Origin: Candidatus Parcubacteria bacterium
Lineage (GTDB): Bacteria; Patescibacteriota; Minisyncoccia; Phycocordibacterales; UBA2100
Assembly: GCA_003599295.1 (NCBI GenBank)
Contig: QZJK01000007.1
Span: 2,228-66,227 of the forward strand
DNA length: 64,000 nucleotides
Reading direction: 5' to 3'
Position 1 is the stretch's first letter, and each line of letters begins with the position of its first letter. Below the pieces are notes generated by a model. The model searched no databases. It saw nothing but the letters and a program-made list of their open reading frames with translations, and had not been told where the DNA came from. Both the position numbers and the translations under genes were made by a program. This document shows positions 28,405-37,365 of this stretch, in pieces.

Positions 28405-30597
28405 ATGCAAAAGAAAGAGTACGCCGTCGAAGTCGGCGGCAAGCAGTTAGTGGCCGAGTTCAACGACTGGGCGGACCAAGCGAACGGTTCAGTGCTTCTC
28501 CGATACGGCAACAGCGCGGTCCTCGCGACTGCCGTTATGGGAAGCAAAGAATCGAATCTCGATTATTTCCCGCTCTCCGTCGAGTACGAGGAAAAATTCT
28601 ATGCCGCCGGCGCGATTTTGGGCTCGCGGTTCATGCGCCGAGAAGGGCGTCCTTCCGACGAAGCCGTGCTTTCCGGCCGCATCGTAGACCGCACCATCCG
28701 CCCGCTCTTCCCGAAAGGATTGAAACGCGACGTGCAGGTCATCATCACCGTGCTTTCTATTGAAGATTACGATACTGATATCCTCGCGGTGAATGCGGCG
28801 TCGCTCGCCATCGCAACTTCGGACATCCCGTGGAACGGCCCCGTTTCCGCAATACGCGTAGGGCTTGAAGAGGGAAATGATTCTCTTATCGTTAATCCTA
28901 CGTACGGCCAGAGACAGGATGAGTTGCCGCCCAAAGCGCGGATGGACCTTACCGTTTCGGGGAAAGACGGCCTCGTCAACATGATAGAAGTGAACGCGCG
29001 CGAAGTGCCGGAGCCGATACTTGAAGCGGCTTTGAAGAGAGCGAGTGAAGAGATAGAAAAGATACAAGCGTGGCAAAAACAGATCGTCGCCGAACATGGA
29101 AAAGCGAAACAGGCGTTCAAAGCTCCGGAGATAACGCCGGAGATCAAGGCTGCGTTCGCAGAGGTAGTAGAACCGAAGCTCCGTGCCCTGAACGGCACCA
29201 TGTCCAAAGAGGCGTTCGGTGAAATGAAATCGGAGTGGGCAACACAGTCGGCCCTGAAATTCCCTGACACCAAGCCGCAGATGCTCGACGGATATTTCGA
29301 ACACCGCATCGACGAGTACGTGCACGACCTTGCCATCAAAGAAAATAAGCGCGTCGACGGGCGAGCGCTCGACGAGATACGGCCGCTCTCGGCTGAGGCC
29401 GGCGGCATTTCTCCTATCATTCACGGAACGGGTCTTTTCTTTCGCGGACAGACGCACGTCTTGGCGGCGCTCACGCTTGGCGGGCCGGGCGATGCCCAAC
29501 TCATAGATACCATTGAATTCCAAGATACGAAGAAGACCTTCATGCTCCACTACAACTTCCCGCCGTTTAGCGTAGGCGAGACCGGGCGCGTCGGCGGATT
29601 TAACCGCCGCATGACGGGACACGGCGCGCTCGCGGAAAAATCGCTCCGCGCAGTACTGCCCTCGAAAGACGTGTTCCCGTATACGATACGCATCGTCTCG
29701 GAATGTCTCGCGTCTAACGGCTCCACATCCATGGCGACCGTGTGTGCTGGAACTATCGCTCTTATGGATGCAGGTGTTCCCATTCAAAGGCCCGTTGCGG
29801 GCATCGCGATGGGTCTCATGTCCGACGGAAAGACATACAAAGTGCTGACCGATATCCAGGGACCTGAAGACCACCATGGAGACATGGATTTCAAAGTCGC
29901 GGGTACAAGCGAAGGAGTCACGGGGGTGCAGATGGATGTGAAAGTCGACGGAATCCCGATACCTGTTCTCGTCGAAGCGTTCGCGCAAGCGAAAAAGGCC
30001 CGGCTACAGATACTCGACGTCATCTTAAAGGCAATTCCTGCGCCCCGCGCCGACATCTCACCGCGTGCGCCGAAGATACTTTCTACAAAAGTGAAGGTAG
30101 ACCAGATCGGGCTTGTCATCGGCCCCGGCGGCAAGACCATTAACGGCATTAGAGAGCGCACCAAGTGCGACGACATTACCATCGAAGAGGACGGCACTGT
30201 CTTCGTCACCGGAAAGAACGGCGCGGCAGAAGCTGCACTCAAGGAGATAGTGGACCTTACGCGCGAATACGTGGCCGGTGAACGCTTTGAGGGTCCGGTC
30301 GTGCGACTTATGGACTTCGGCGCATTCGTGAAGATCGGTCCCAACACGGATGGGCTGGTGCACGTTTCGGAAGTTGCTCCGTTCCGCATAGAAAAAATAT
30401 CCGACGCTGTCTCGCTCGGTGATGTTGTTCCCGTCATCATTAAAGAAATTGATGAGAAAGGACGGTATAATCTTTCCATCAAAGCCGCTGATCCGGAATG
30501 GGCCGGGCGAAAGGGCCTAAAGCCATCTTCTGGCGGTGGAGGAAACCACGATGACAGACGAAACAACAGGGGGGAACACGGGCGCCGCAGGATCTAA
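28405..30597 (+). CDS. pnp: Polyribonucleotide nucleotidyltransferase
   Basis: R.EGRP, DR.IRPLF, F.RG.T, HYNFPP, SNGSTSMA, GDMDFKVAG, KH and S1 domains. Confidence 0.98.
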   Translation: MQKKEYAVEVGGKQLVAEFNDWADQANGSVLLRYGNSAVLATAVMGSKESNLDYFPLSVEYEEKFYAAGAILGSRFMRREGRPSDEAVLSGRIVDRTIRPLFPKGLKRDVQVIITVLSIEDYDTDILAVNAASLAIATSDIPWNGPVSAIRVGLEEGNDSLIVNPTYGQRQDELPPKARMDLTVSGKDGLVNMIEVNAREVPEPILEAALKRASEEIEKIQAWQKQIVAEHGKAKQAFKAPEITPEIKAAFAEVVEPKLRALNGTMSKEAFGEMKSEWATQSALKFPDTKPQMLDGYFEHRIDEYVHDLAIKENKRVDGRALDEIRPLSAEAGGISPIIHGTGLFFRGQTHVLAALTLGGPGDAQLIDTIEFQDTKKTFMLHYNFPPFSVGETGRVGGFNRRMTGHGALAEKSLRAVLPSKDVFPYTIRIVSECLASNGSTSMATVCAGTIALMDAGVPIQRPVAGIAMGLMSDGKTYKVLTDIQGPEDHHGDMDFKVAGTSEGVTGVQMDVKVDGIPIPVLVEAFAQAKKARLQILDVILKAIPAPRADISPRAPKILSTKVKVDQIGLVIGPGGKTINGIRERTKCDDITIEEDGTVFVTGKNGAAEAALKEIVDLTREYVAGERFEGPVVRLMDFGAFVKIGPNTDGLVHVSEVAPFRIEKISDAVSLGDVVPVIIKEIDEKGRYNLSIKAADPEWAGRKGLKPSSGGGGNHDDRRNNRGEHGRRRI

Positions 30598-32275
30598 TCC
30601 GGCGGCATCTCCTGCGCCGGAGAATAAAGACCTTGAAGAGGCGCGTATCATCGAAGAAGTAATAGTCCGTCCTGCGGCCGCTCCGGAGACGAAGAAAAAC
30701 ATCCCGGATGCCGCAGGCGTTCCTTTGGCGCCGACATCGCCGACGCCTCCTCCGAAACCGACCCCTGTAGAAGCACCTCGACCTCTGGCCGCGTCGATAC
30801 CTCCTCCCGCGGCACCACTTCCACCGAAACCGCCACCGCCCGCACCGCGAAGGCTCTCAAGCTCCGCGCTCTCGGCGGGCATGATGGGTATGCAGCCGCC
30901 GATGCCGCCAGAGGTGCCGCGCCCTCCTCAGAACGCGGCTCCTGTAGTACCGCCATCAATCGTGACCTCTGCTGCCGTTCAAACTCCTGCTCCGGTCATT
31001 GAGACCAAACCGGCACCACCTCCACCGAATGTTCCTCCTCTCAGTGCACCCGCGCCAACACCTGCACCAGCACCCGCGATGCCCATCATCGAACCCGTTC
31101 CTCTTTCAACAGAAAAACCAGCGGCGCCAAAAGAGGATGTTCAGAAAATACTTGGGGGTATTAAACTTCCGGAACGCCCGGTCGTTCCCGATAAGAAAGT
31201 GGAGCCGGAGAACAAAACTGCATATGACACATCGCTTGCTTCCCCGTTCGCACCTGCTCCGAACACGGCACAGATAAATCTATCGAATGAAGCCATCCCG
31301 AAGGGCGTACCTTCAGGAATGACTGCATCTACTTCCGAAGCTCCTGCAAAGGGTGTGGCGCAGAAAACGTTTGAGAGCGCCGCGTCTATCGTGGCGCCGC
31401 TCCGCACGCTCAAGAACGATTTTCAGGATATCGTCCGTGATAAAAAAATGTCGCTGGTGCGCGCCGCAGCACTTGAGCAAGAGAAACGCCGGCCGGACCG
31501 GATGAGCCAACTCGACGCATCGAACGCGGGCAAGCGCAGGACCGTAAAGATCGTCCTTGCCGTGATATTTCTTGCCGTGCTCGGCAGTGCCGCCCTGTTC
31601 GGAGTTGCCGTCGTAATGCAAGACAGGAGTGCCGGGGCGACGACTCCCGCGGACACTTCGCTCTTGTTTGCCGAATCAACCGTTCCCTTGGTGCTTGAGA
31701 ATCTTTCGTCATACGACTTGAAAGGGCTTCTCGCGCAAGCGCGGCTCGGAGGAAGCGGAACACTCGGCTCCATCACGCGCATTCTCCCGGTCATACCGAC
31801 GGTCATAGAAGAAGAGGCGAGTCCCGATACGCCACTTGAGAGGCCCGCGACGCTCGAGGAGTTCCTACGGGCCATAAACGCTCGTGTCTCGCCGGACCTT
31901 CTGCGCGCGCTCGACACCGAATTTTTCTTCGGACTGCACACGGTTGACGAGAACGCGCCGCTTTTCGTCATACCCGTTCTCTCCTACGAGCGCGCATTCG
32001 CCGGCATACTCGAATGGGAGGAGACTATGAACGCCGACCTCGCGCCTGCGTTCACGACCGTGCCAGACACGAGGCTCGGCGCGGACGGACTCCTCGAAAA
32101 ACGCGCGTTCGAGGATCTCATCATGAGGAATTACGATGTGCGCGCGCTCAAAGACGATGCGGGTGTCGTCCAGCTCTACTATTCGTTCCCCACGAGAGGA
32201 TTCCTCATCATTGCGGAAAGCCCGCATTCGTTCGCCGAGATACTTTCGCGCCTGCGCGCAGAGCGGAAGCTCTAA
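30551..32275 (+). CDS. Membrane protein with long Pro-rich disordered N-terminus, one TM and a C-terminal domain
   Basis: More than 200 aa of Pro/Ala-rich sequence, TM IVLAVIFLAVLGSAALFGVAVV; overlaps the pnp 3' end. Confidence 0.75.
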   Translation: MTDETTGGNTGAAGSNPAASPAPENKDLEEARIIEEVIVRPAAAPETKKNIPDAAGVPLAPTSPTPPPKPTPVEAPRPLAASIPPPAAPLPPKPPPPAPRRLSSSALSAGMMGMQPPMPPEVPRPPQNAAPVVPPSIVTSAAVQTPAPVIETKPAPPPPNVPPLSAPAPTPAPAPAMPIIEPVPLSTEKPAAPKEDVQKILGGIKLPERPVVPDKKVEPENKTAYDTSLASPFAPAPNTAQINLSNEAIPKGVPSGMTASTSEAPAKGVAQKTFESAASIVAPLRTLKNDFQDIVRDKKMSLVRAAALEQEKRRPDRMSQLDASNAGKRRTVKIVLAVIFLAVLGSAALFGVAVVMQDRSAGATTPADTSLLFAESTVPLVLENLSSYDLKGLLAQARLGGSGTLGSITRILPVIPTVIEEEASPDTPLERPATLEEFLRAINARVSPDLLRALDTEFFFGLHTVDENAPLFVIPVLSYERAFAGILEWEETMNADLAPAFTTVPDTRLGADGLLEKRAFEDLIMRNYDVRALKDDAGVVQLYYSFPTRGFLIIAESPHSFAEILSRLRAERKL

Positions 32276-32319
32276 CGCCCGTTTGCGCACTTCGTTTTTA
32301 CCGGTATCATGCTCCTGTT

Positions 32320-32682
32320 ATGAAGCATTTGAGCAAGGCACAACTGGAACAACTGCGGGCGGCGCTTGACGCCGAGCAGGTGGATATCGAAGAGCAGCTT
32401 GCGGAACACGGAAAGAAGGTTGGCGGTAATTGGCAAGGGACGCCTGCCGGTTTCGAGACCGAGACTGACTCTGACCCAGAGGATGTCGCCGACCGAATGG
32501 AAGAACTCACGACCAACGTGCCGCTTGTCGAAGAACTCGAGTCGCGCCTCAAAGATGTCAAAGATGCCATTAAGAAAATGGACAAGAAACAGTACGGCAT
32601 CTGTGAAAAGACGGGGCAGGAAATACCGTTCGATAGATTAGAGGCGAACCCTGCAGCGCGAACTATCATCGAAGCGGATTAA
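32320..32682 (+). CDS. DksA/TraR-family transcription factor with degenerate zinc finger
   Basis: Coiled coil with DPEDVA (DxxDxA), L.DV..A...M....YG.C...G.EIP..RL.A.P.A. Confidence 0.85.
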   Translation: MKHLSKAQLEQLRAALDAEQVDIEEQLAEHGKKVGGNWQGTPAGFETETDSDPEDVADRMEELTTNVPLVEELESRLKDVKDAIKKMDKKQYGICEKTGQEIPFDRLEANPAARTIIEAD

Positions 32683-32706
32683 TTCCGTCTACTGTTCGAC
32701 TGTGAC

Positions 32707-32733
32707 GCGGGTGTATTCCCGCTTTTTCTTTTT
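32707..32733 (+). terminator. Intrinsic terminator
   Basis: GCGGG-TGTATT-CCCGC followed by TTTTTCTTTTT. Confidence 0.65.
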
Positions 32734-32762
32734 GCCGCACGAAAGCGGGATACAATAACTGT

Positions 32763-34310
32763 GTGGCAACGAAGCAAAAAATCGCGTCCGGTTTCAACAG
32801 AGTGTTCGGTGCACAACCCGCGCTTCCAAAAGGTGTTGTTGTTTCAGTCGAATGCGATATTGCGAAAGGATTGCACGCATTCACCATTGTCGGTCTTCCC
32901 GATAAAGCGGTTGAGGAAGCAAAAGACCGCATCGCTGCGGCGATAAAAAATACGGAGGGCCTAGAATCGCCGAAGAAAAGCAACAAGAAGATAGTGCTCT
33001 CGCTCGCTCCCGCCGCACTCAAGAAAGAGGGTGCGGTATTCGATCTCCCGCTCGCGCTCTCGTTCCTCCTTGCGTCGGAACAAGCGATGTTCGACCCGAA
33101 AGGAAAGCTCTTCGCGGGCGAACTTGCCCTGAACGGCGACGTGCGCGGCATATTGGGAGCGCTTTCGATAGCGCTTGCCGCGCGCGACGGCGGATTCACT
33201 GACCTGTATCTTCCTGAAGAGAACGTGGCGGAAGCATCCCTTGTTCCCGAACTGCGTGTTCATGGCGTCGCCTCGCTCGAAGACGCACTTTCCGAACTGA
33301 AAAAACCTTCCGAACGCAAACGGGCGAAACAAAATACTCGAATGATGCAGGGCGAAGACGATTTCGCGCTCGACGAGATACGAGGACAAGAATCGGCGAA
33401 GCGCGGACTCATCATCGCGGCCGCAGGCGCGCACAACGTTGCGCTCTACGGCCCGCCCGGAACGGGAAAGACTTTGCTCGCACGCGCGACCGCCTCTATC
33501 CTTCCCGACCTTTCCGAAGAAGACATACTTGAGGTCACGACCATTCACTCGCTGGCCGGGACGCTCCACGGAGGAGCGATGTTCAGGCCACCGTTCCGCT
33601 CGCCGCATCACACATCTTCTTATGCGTCCCTTATTGGCGGCGGCTCCGCATCACCGCGCCCCGGCGAGGCGACGCTCGCGCATCGCGGTGTTCTTTTCGC
33701 GGACGAGTTTCCCGAATTTCATCGGGATGTAGTGAATGCGCTTCGCGAACCACTCGAAGACCGTGTCGTGTCCATATCGCGCTCGAAAGGTTCTGCGATA
33801 TTTCCCGCGAATTTCATGCTTATCGCCGCACTGAATCCATGCCCCTGTGGATTTTGGGGGAGCGCTCGATGCGAGTGTATGCCGCACCTCGTCGAAAAAT
33901 ATCGCCGAAAGATCTCGGGGCCCGTCGCGGACAGAATAGATCTCTGGGTGTCCGTTCCCGAGATGCCGCCGGAATCAATGCGGACGAGCTTAAAAAAGAA
34001 AAGTGGCGAGACAGAATCAGCGAGAAAGACAATCGCGGCCGCGCGGAACACGCAACGCGAACGATTCAAGAACACAAAAGGCGTTTCAACGAACGCGGAC
34101 ATGCGGCCGAAACATATCGAGCTGTACGCGAATATCTCATCAAAAGCGGAAGATGCACTCGTTTCCGCCGCGCGTGCAATGAAACTATCGCCGCGCGGCT
34201 ACCATCGGACGATAAAAATTGCACGCACCATCGCGGACCTGGCTGGTAGCAATGTAATCGAACCGCCCCATATGTTGGAAGCGTTACAATACCGGGCGCG
34301 TGAACTCTGA
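32763..34310 (+). CDS. comM: ComM/YifB Mg-chelatase-like AAA+ ATPase
   Basis: VGLPD.AV.E, GELALNG, GPPGTGKT, PFRSPHH, AHRGVLF.DE, NPCPCG, ARTIADL. Confidence 0.93.
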   Translation: MATKQKIASGFNRVFGAQPALPKGVVVSVECDIAKGLHAFTIVGLPDKAVEEAKDRIAAAIKNTEGLESPKKSNKKIVLSLAPAALKKEGAVFDLPLALSFLLASEQAMFDPKGKLFAGELALNGDVRGILGALSIALAARDGGFTDLYLPEENVAEASLVPELRVHGVASLEDALSELKKPSERKRAKQNTRMMQGEDDFALDEIRGQESAKRGLIIAAAGAHNVALYGPPGTGKTLLARATASILPDLSEEDILEVTTIHSLAGTLHGGAMFRPPFRSPHHTSSYASLIGGGSASPRPGEATLAHRGVLFADEFPEFHRDVVNALREPLEDRVVSISRSKGSAIFPANFMLIAALNPCPCGFWGSARCECMPHLVEKYRRKISGPVADRIDLWVSVPEMPPESMRTSLKKKSGETESARKTIAAARNTQRERFKNTKGVSTNADMRPKHIELYANISSKAEDALVSAARAMKLSPRGYHRTIKIARTIADLAGSNVIEPPHMLEALQYRAREL

Positions 34311-34339
34311 ATACTCTTTTTCCTGACATAGATGAAAGA

Positions 34340-34366
34340 AGTGGCCGGAGCAAAGCTCCGGCCACT
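34340..34366. terminator. Perfect hairpin between convergent genes
   Basis: AGTGGCCGGAGC-AAA-GCTCCGGCCACT; T-rich tail on the minus strand. Confidence 0.75.
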
Positions 34367-34398
34367 GAATGAAATCGCTCAATGCGATTGGGGGACGT

Positions 34399-34761
34399 TT
34401 ACCGCGCCAGCGGGTCAGGCCGCTGATCTTCGACAGCGGGAGACGCGCGAACCGGCTGGTCCGCCTGCTCGACGCCGACGCCGTTCTCGCCCGCCTTCTG
34501 CGCCTCGATTGACTCGACCGTCCGGTCGATCTGGTCGGTCGCCGTGACCACATCGTCGTGACCCACGCCAGTCTCAGCGAGCTCGTTCTTGAGGTTGGTG
34601 AACACGCTGATGACATCGCCGCGGGCGGCGGGCGGCACGTGCACGTTCTCGTAGCTCTTCGCGAGGAGGAAGGCGGCATAGGCCGCGCCCGGCTTCGCGC
34701 AGTTGATGGTCGGCAAGGTGGCGATTAGGCCCTCGTGCGCCTTACGTTCGGCCGTTTTCAT
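34399..34761 (-). CDS. Small hypothetical helical protein (120 aa)
   Basis: Minus-strand promoter TTGACC-17-TACGGT (34840-34812), GAGG SD-like sequence, strongly G/C-ending codons, downstream terminator. Confidence 0.7.
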   Translation of the reverse strand: MKTAERKAHEGLIATLPTINCAKPGAAYAAFLLAKSYENVHVPPAARGDVISVFTNLKNELAETGVGHDDVVTATDQIDRTVESIEAQKAGENGVGVEQADQPVRASPAVEDQRPDPLAR

Positions 34762-34836
34762 CTGGTCTGTTCCTCTTGTGCATGCTGCCACGGGATTGCG
34801 GCAGTCGCGAAACCGTACCACTCTACGAATAGTGGG

Positions 34837-35844
34837 TCAAATCCGATTTTTCGACTCCGAGAAAAACACGTGCGGGCGGGTGATGCCGAGTGTGCGCAAG
34901 CGCTTCACCACGAACTCCCGCATCGCTTTCTCGCTTTTGAATTTCCGTACGCTTCCTTTGTCGATGACCGCCCACTGCCCAATCGCGCGGAGCACGTCTA
35001 CTTTGTTGAACACGATATGTGTGACGCCGTTCATGCGGATGGCGCGCTCGAGGTTTTGCATATTCATCCAGTTCGTCTGCCGGCGGCGGCCTGTCGTCGA
35101 GCCGTATTCCTCTCCAATCTCCGCGATTTTATTGAACACTTCTCCTTTCGGCTGGAATTTTTTTGCTCCGACGTACGTTTCGTATATCTTCGCAACGCCC
35201 CACACGTCCCGGACCACGCTCGGCGGAAGGCCGTTCAGAAGCGCGCCCGCAGTCGTGCAGTGTGATGACGTGACGAACGGGTAGTCGCCCCAATCGATGT
35301 CGAGCCCGAAACCCTGCGCTCCTTCGGCAAGAATGTGGACAGGCTTTCCCGAATACCATTCTTTGTAAAGGTCTATGAGATACGGCCGAAGTCTCGGCAC
35401 GCTGTTCGCGCGCGTTCCCGTACGGCCGTACTTGTCGCGATAGGCGGGACCGTTCCCGCGGCCGGTCGTGCCTATTTTTCCGCCGCGCTTCCTGTCTTCC
35501 GCCTTATTTGCCGGCGTGATGACGTGCGTGTTCTCTGCGATGAATATCTTGCCTTTGGTGCGAACTCCGCCTTTTTCAAGCATTTTGATTTCGCGGAAGA
35601 ATTGGTCGGGGTCAAGCACGCATCCGCTTCCGATAATGCTCTTTATACCGAAAAACACCCCTGCCGGGATGTGATGAGTGATGAATTTTTTGCCCCTATG
35701 AAAGATGGTATGCCCCGCGTTGCAGCCGCCGTTATAGCGGAGTACGTGGGTATAGGAGTGTTTGTGGCTTAAGTAGTGGGCGACCTTGCCCTTGCCGCAA
35801 TCCCCGTACTGGAGATCGACAATTACGTCAGCCGTGAGTGACAT
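34837..35844 (-). CDS. purA: Adenylosuccinate synthetase, short form
   Basis: QYGDCGKGK, GG.NAGHT, IGTT.RG.GPAY.DK, EGAQG, YPFVTSS, EYGSTTGR.R, NKVD. Confidence 0.93.
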   Translation of the reverse strand: MSLTADVIVDLQYGDCGKGKVAHYLSHKHSYTHVLRYNGGCNAGHTIFHRGKKFITHHIPAGVFFGIKSIIGSGCVLDPDQFFREIKMLEKGGVRTKGKIFIAENTHVITPANKAEDRKRGGKIGTTGRGNGPAYRDKYGRTGTRANSVPRLRPYLIDLYKEWYSGKPVHILAEGAQGFGLDIDWGDYPFVTSSHCTTAGALLNGLPPSVVRDVWGVAKIYETYVGAKKFQPKGEVFNKIAEIGEEYGSTTGRRRQTNWMNMQNLERAIRMNGVTHIVFNKVDVLRAIGQWAVIDKGSVRKFKSEKAMREFVVKRLRTLGITRPHVFFSESKNRI

Positions 35845-35972
35845 GACTGACCCATGCTACTCCGAAAAATCCTCGAATGCAAATTTTTCAATCCGCGCGA
35901 AAACACTGGTCTTTAGAGAAAGATGCGGATGATGCTGAAAAACGACTCTAAGAGATTCTTATACATACGAAA

Positions 35973-37010
35973 TTAGAACGGGTTGCGGGGGCCGTTGCGT
36001 ATCTCGAAGTGAACGTGCGCACCCGTCGAGCGGCCGGTTGAACCGACGTACCCGATGACTTGTCCCTGCACGACTCGCTGGCCGACGGAGACGACGTTGG
36101 CCGAATTGTGCGCGTAGAGCGTTTGTGTACCGTTATCATGGCTGATAACGACGTAGGTGCCATAGCCTCCGTTCCAGCCTGAACTGCGCGCAACGATGAC
36201 GTCGCCCGCGGCTGCAGCCATGATGGGGGTGCCGATAGGCGCTGCAAGATCGACGCCGTTGTACCCGTGAATCCCCTGCGTTTTCACGCCGCCTGTAATA
36301 GGCCGCATGAAAAATCCGGCATACGAAGGCGATGCACCTGAAGAAGATGGGCGCGGAGCAGGCGTCGCGACAGCAATTGCGATCTCCCCGTTGGGGATGA
36401 TGAGCTCTGTTCCAAGAGCAAGCGCGCTTCCTTTCTCTATGCCGTTGTACTGCGCTATCTCGTCAGCGTCTCCGTGCAAGTCTTTTGCGATGGAGGCGAG
36501 CGTGTCACCCTTCTTGACCTTGTATTTAACCCCCGTGACAGGAAGTATCGTCAGGGTCTGCCCGACACGTATCGTTGATGAGCGTGAAAGGTCGTTTGCC
36601 CATCGGATGGTGTTGACTGTTACCTCGAACATTTCTGCTATTTCCGAAAGAGTGTCGCCCTCTCGCACAACGTAGAGGCTGATGGTGTTATTTTTCGGCT
36701 TTTCAATATCTGCGATGGTTCCGGAGGGACCTTCTTCGGGGAGAAGCGCAGAGTTGTCGACTATGGTGATGTCGCCGCCACCGCGCCCGGGTGCAGGCGA
36801 AATATTCATGGCAGGACGCAAGAGCGCCATGGTCTGGAGATTGCTCGAAGAAGATTGCCCACCCGCGGCCTTACTTGAAGCGAACAAGTCTCCCAAAAAA
36901 CCGGCCCGCGCAGCGGCGGGCACCAGTGAACCGACAAGGAGGAGGAGAGAAATAAGGGAGATAGCCGCTCGAGCGGACCGAAGGGGACTATGTGCTTTTC
37001 CTGAGCCCAA
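35973..37010 (-). CDS. LysM(x2)-M23 family peptidoglycan endopeptidase
   Basis: Signal peptide, two YxVxxGDTL LysM repeats, H...GVD.A, TLYAH, G.TG.STG.H.HFE. Confidence 0.93.
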   Translation of the reverse strand: MGSGKAHSPLRSARAAISLISLLLLVGSLVPAAARAGFLGDLFASSKAAGGQSSSSNLQTMALLRPAMNISPAPGRGGGDITIVDNSALLPEEGPSGTIADIEKPKNNTISLYVVREGDTLSEIAEMFEVTVNTIRWANDLSRSSTIRVGQTLTILPVTGVKYKVKKGDTLASIAKDLHGDADEIAQYNGIEKGSALALGTELIIPNGEIAIAVATPAPRPSSSGASPSYAGFFMRPITGGVKTQGIHGYNGVDLAAPIGTPIMAAAAGDVIVARSSGWNGGYGTYVVISHDNGTQTLYAHNSANVVSVGQRVVQGQVIGYVGSTGRSTGAHVHFEIRNGPRNPF

Positions 37011-37144
37011 AAGACCCTTGAAAAGTTCCTGAATATGACGATATATAAGCCTTTTTCAGGCCTTTCCCTATGGCTATATCCGGAAACGCGAACAAGCACG
37101 TCGCGCACGCCCTCCGTATATTGCCAAGTGTTAAAGCCTTTTTC

Positions 37145-37294
37145 TTGACGGAAGCTCAGAGAATCAGGAAAATCTGGCTCTAAACCTCGCTTTTTGCCCT
37201 GTCGCTTTGTTATGAGCTTGGGGGGAGGACCAGATCGGATAAGCAACCATGCCACCGTCCCCTTCACCCTACCCTCATGGGTCTCCACCGTCAA
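37145..37294. ncRNA. Candidate structured RNA (multi-way junction)
   Basis: TTGACGG/CCGTCAA closing stem around AAGCTCA/TGAGCTT, GGAC/GTCC and ACCC-TCAT-GGGT stems. Confidence 0.35.
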
Positions 37295-37365
37295 TCCATC
37301 TTTGATAGGAGAGGGGGATAACGGTCGTGTCAAGGAGTAGCGGCCGCTCATGCTATAGTGCGCAG

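Noticed and set aside
37020-37330. c-di-AMP (ydaO) or glycine riboswitch upstream of LysM-M23
   Set aside because: Diagnostic segments such as GCTGAA...CCGTCAGCTAA or CTCTCAGG were not found
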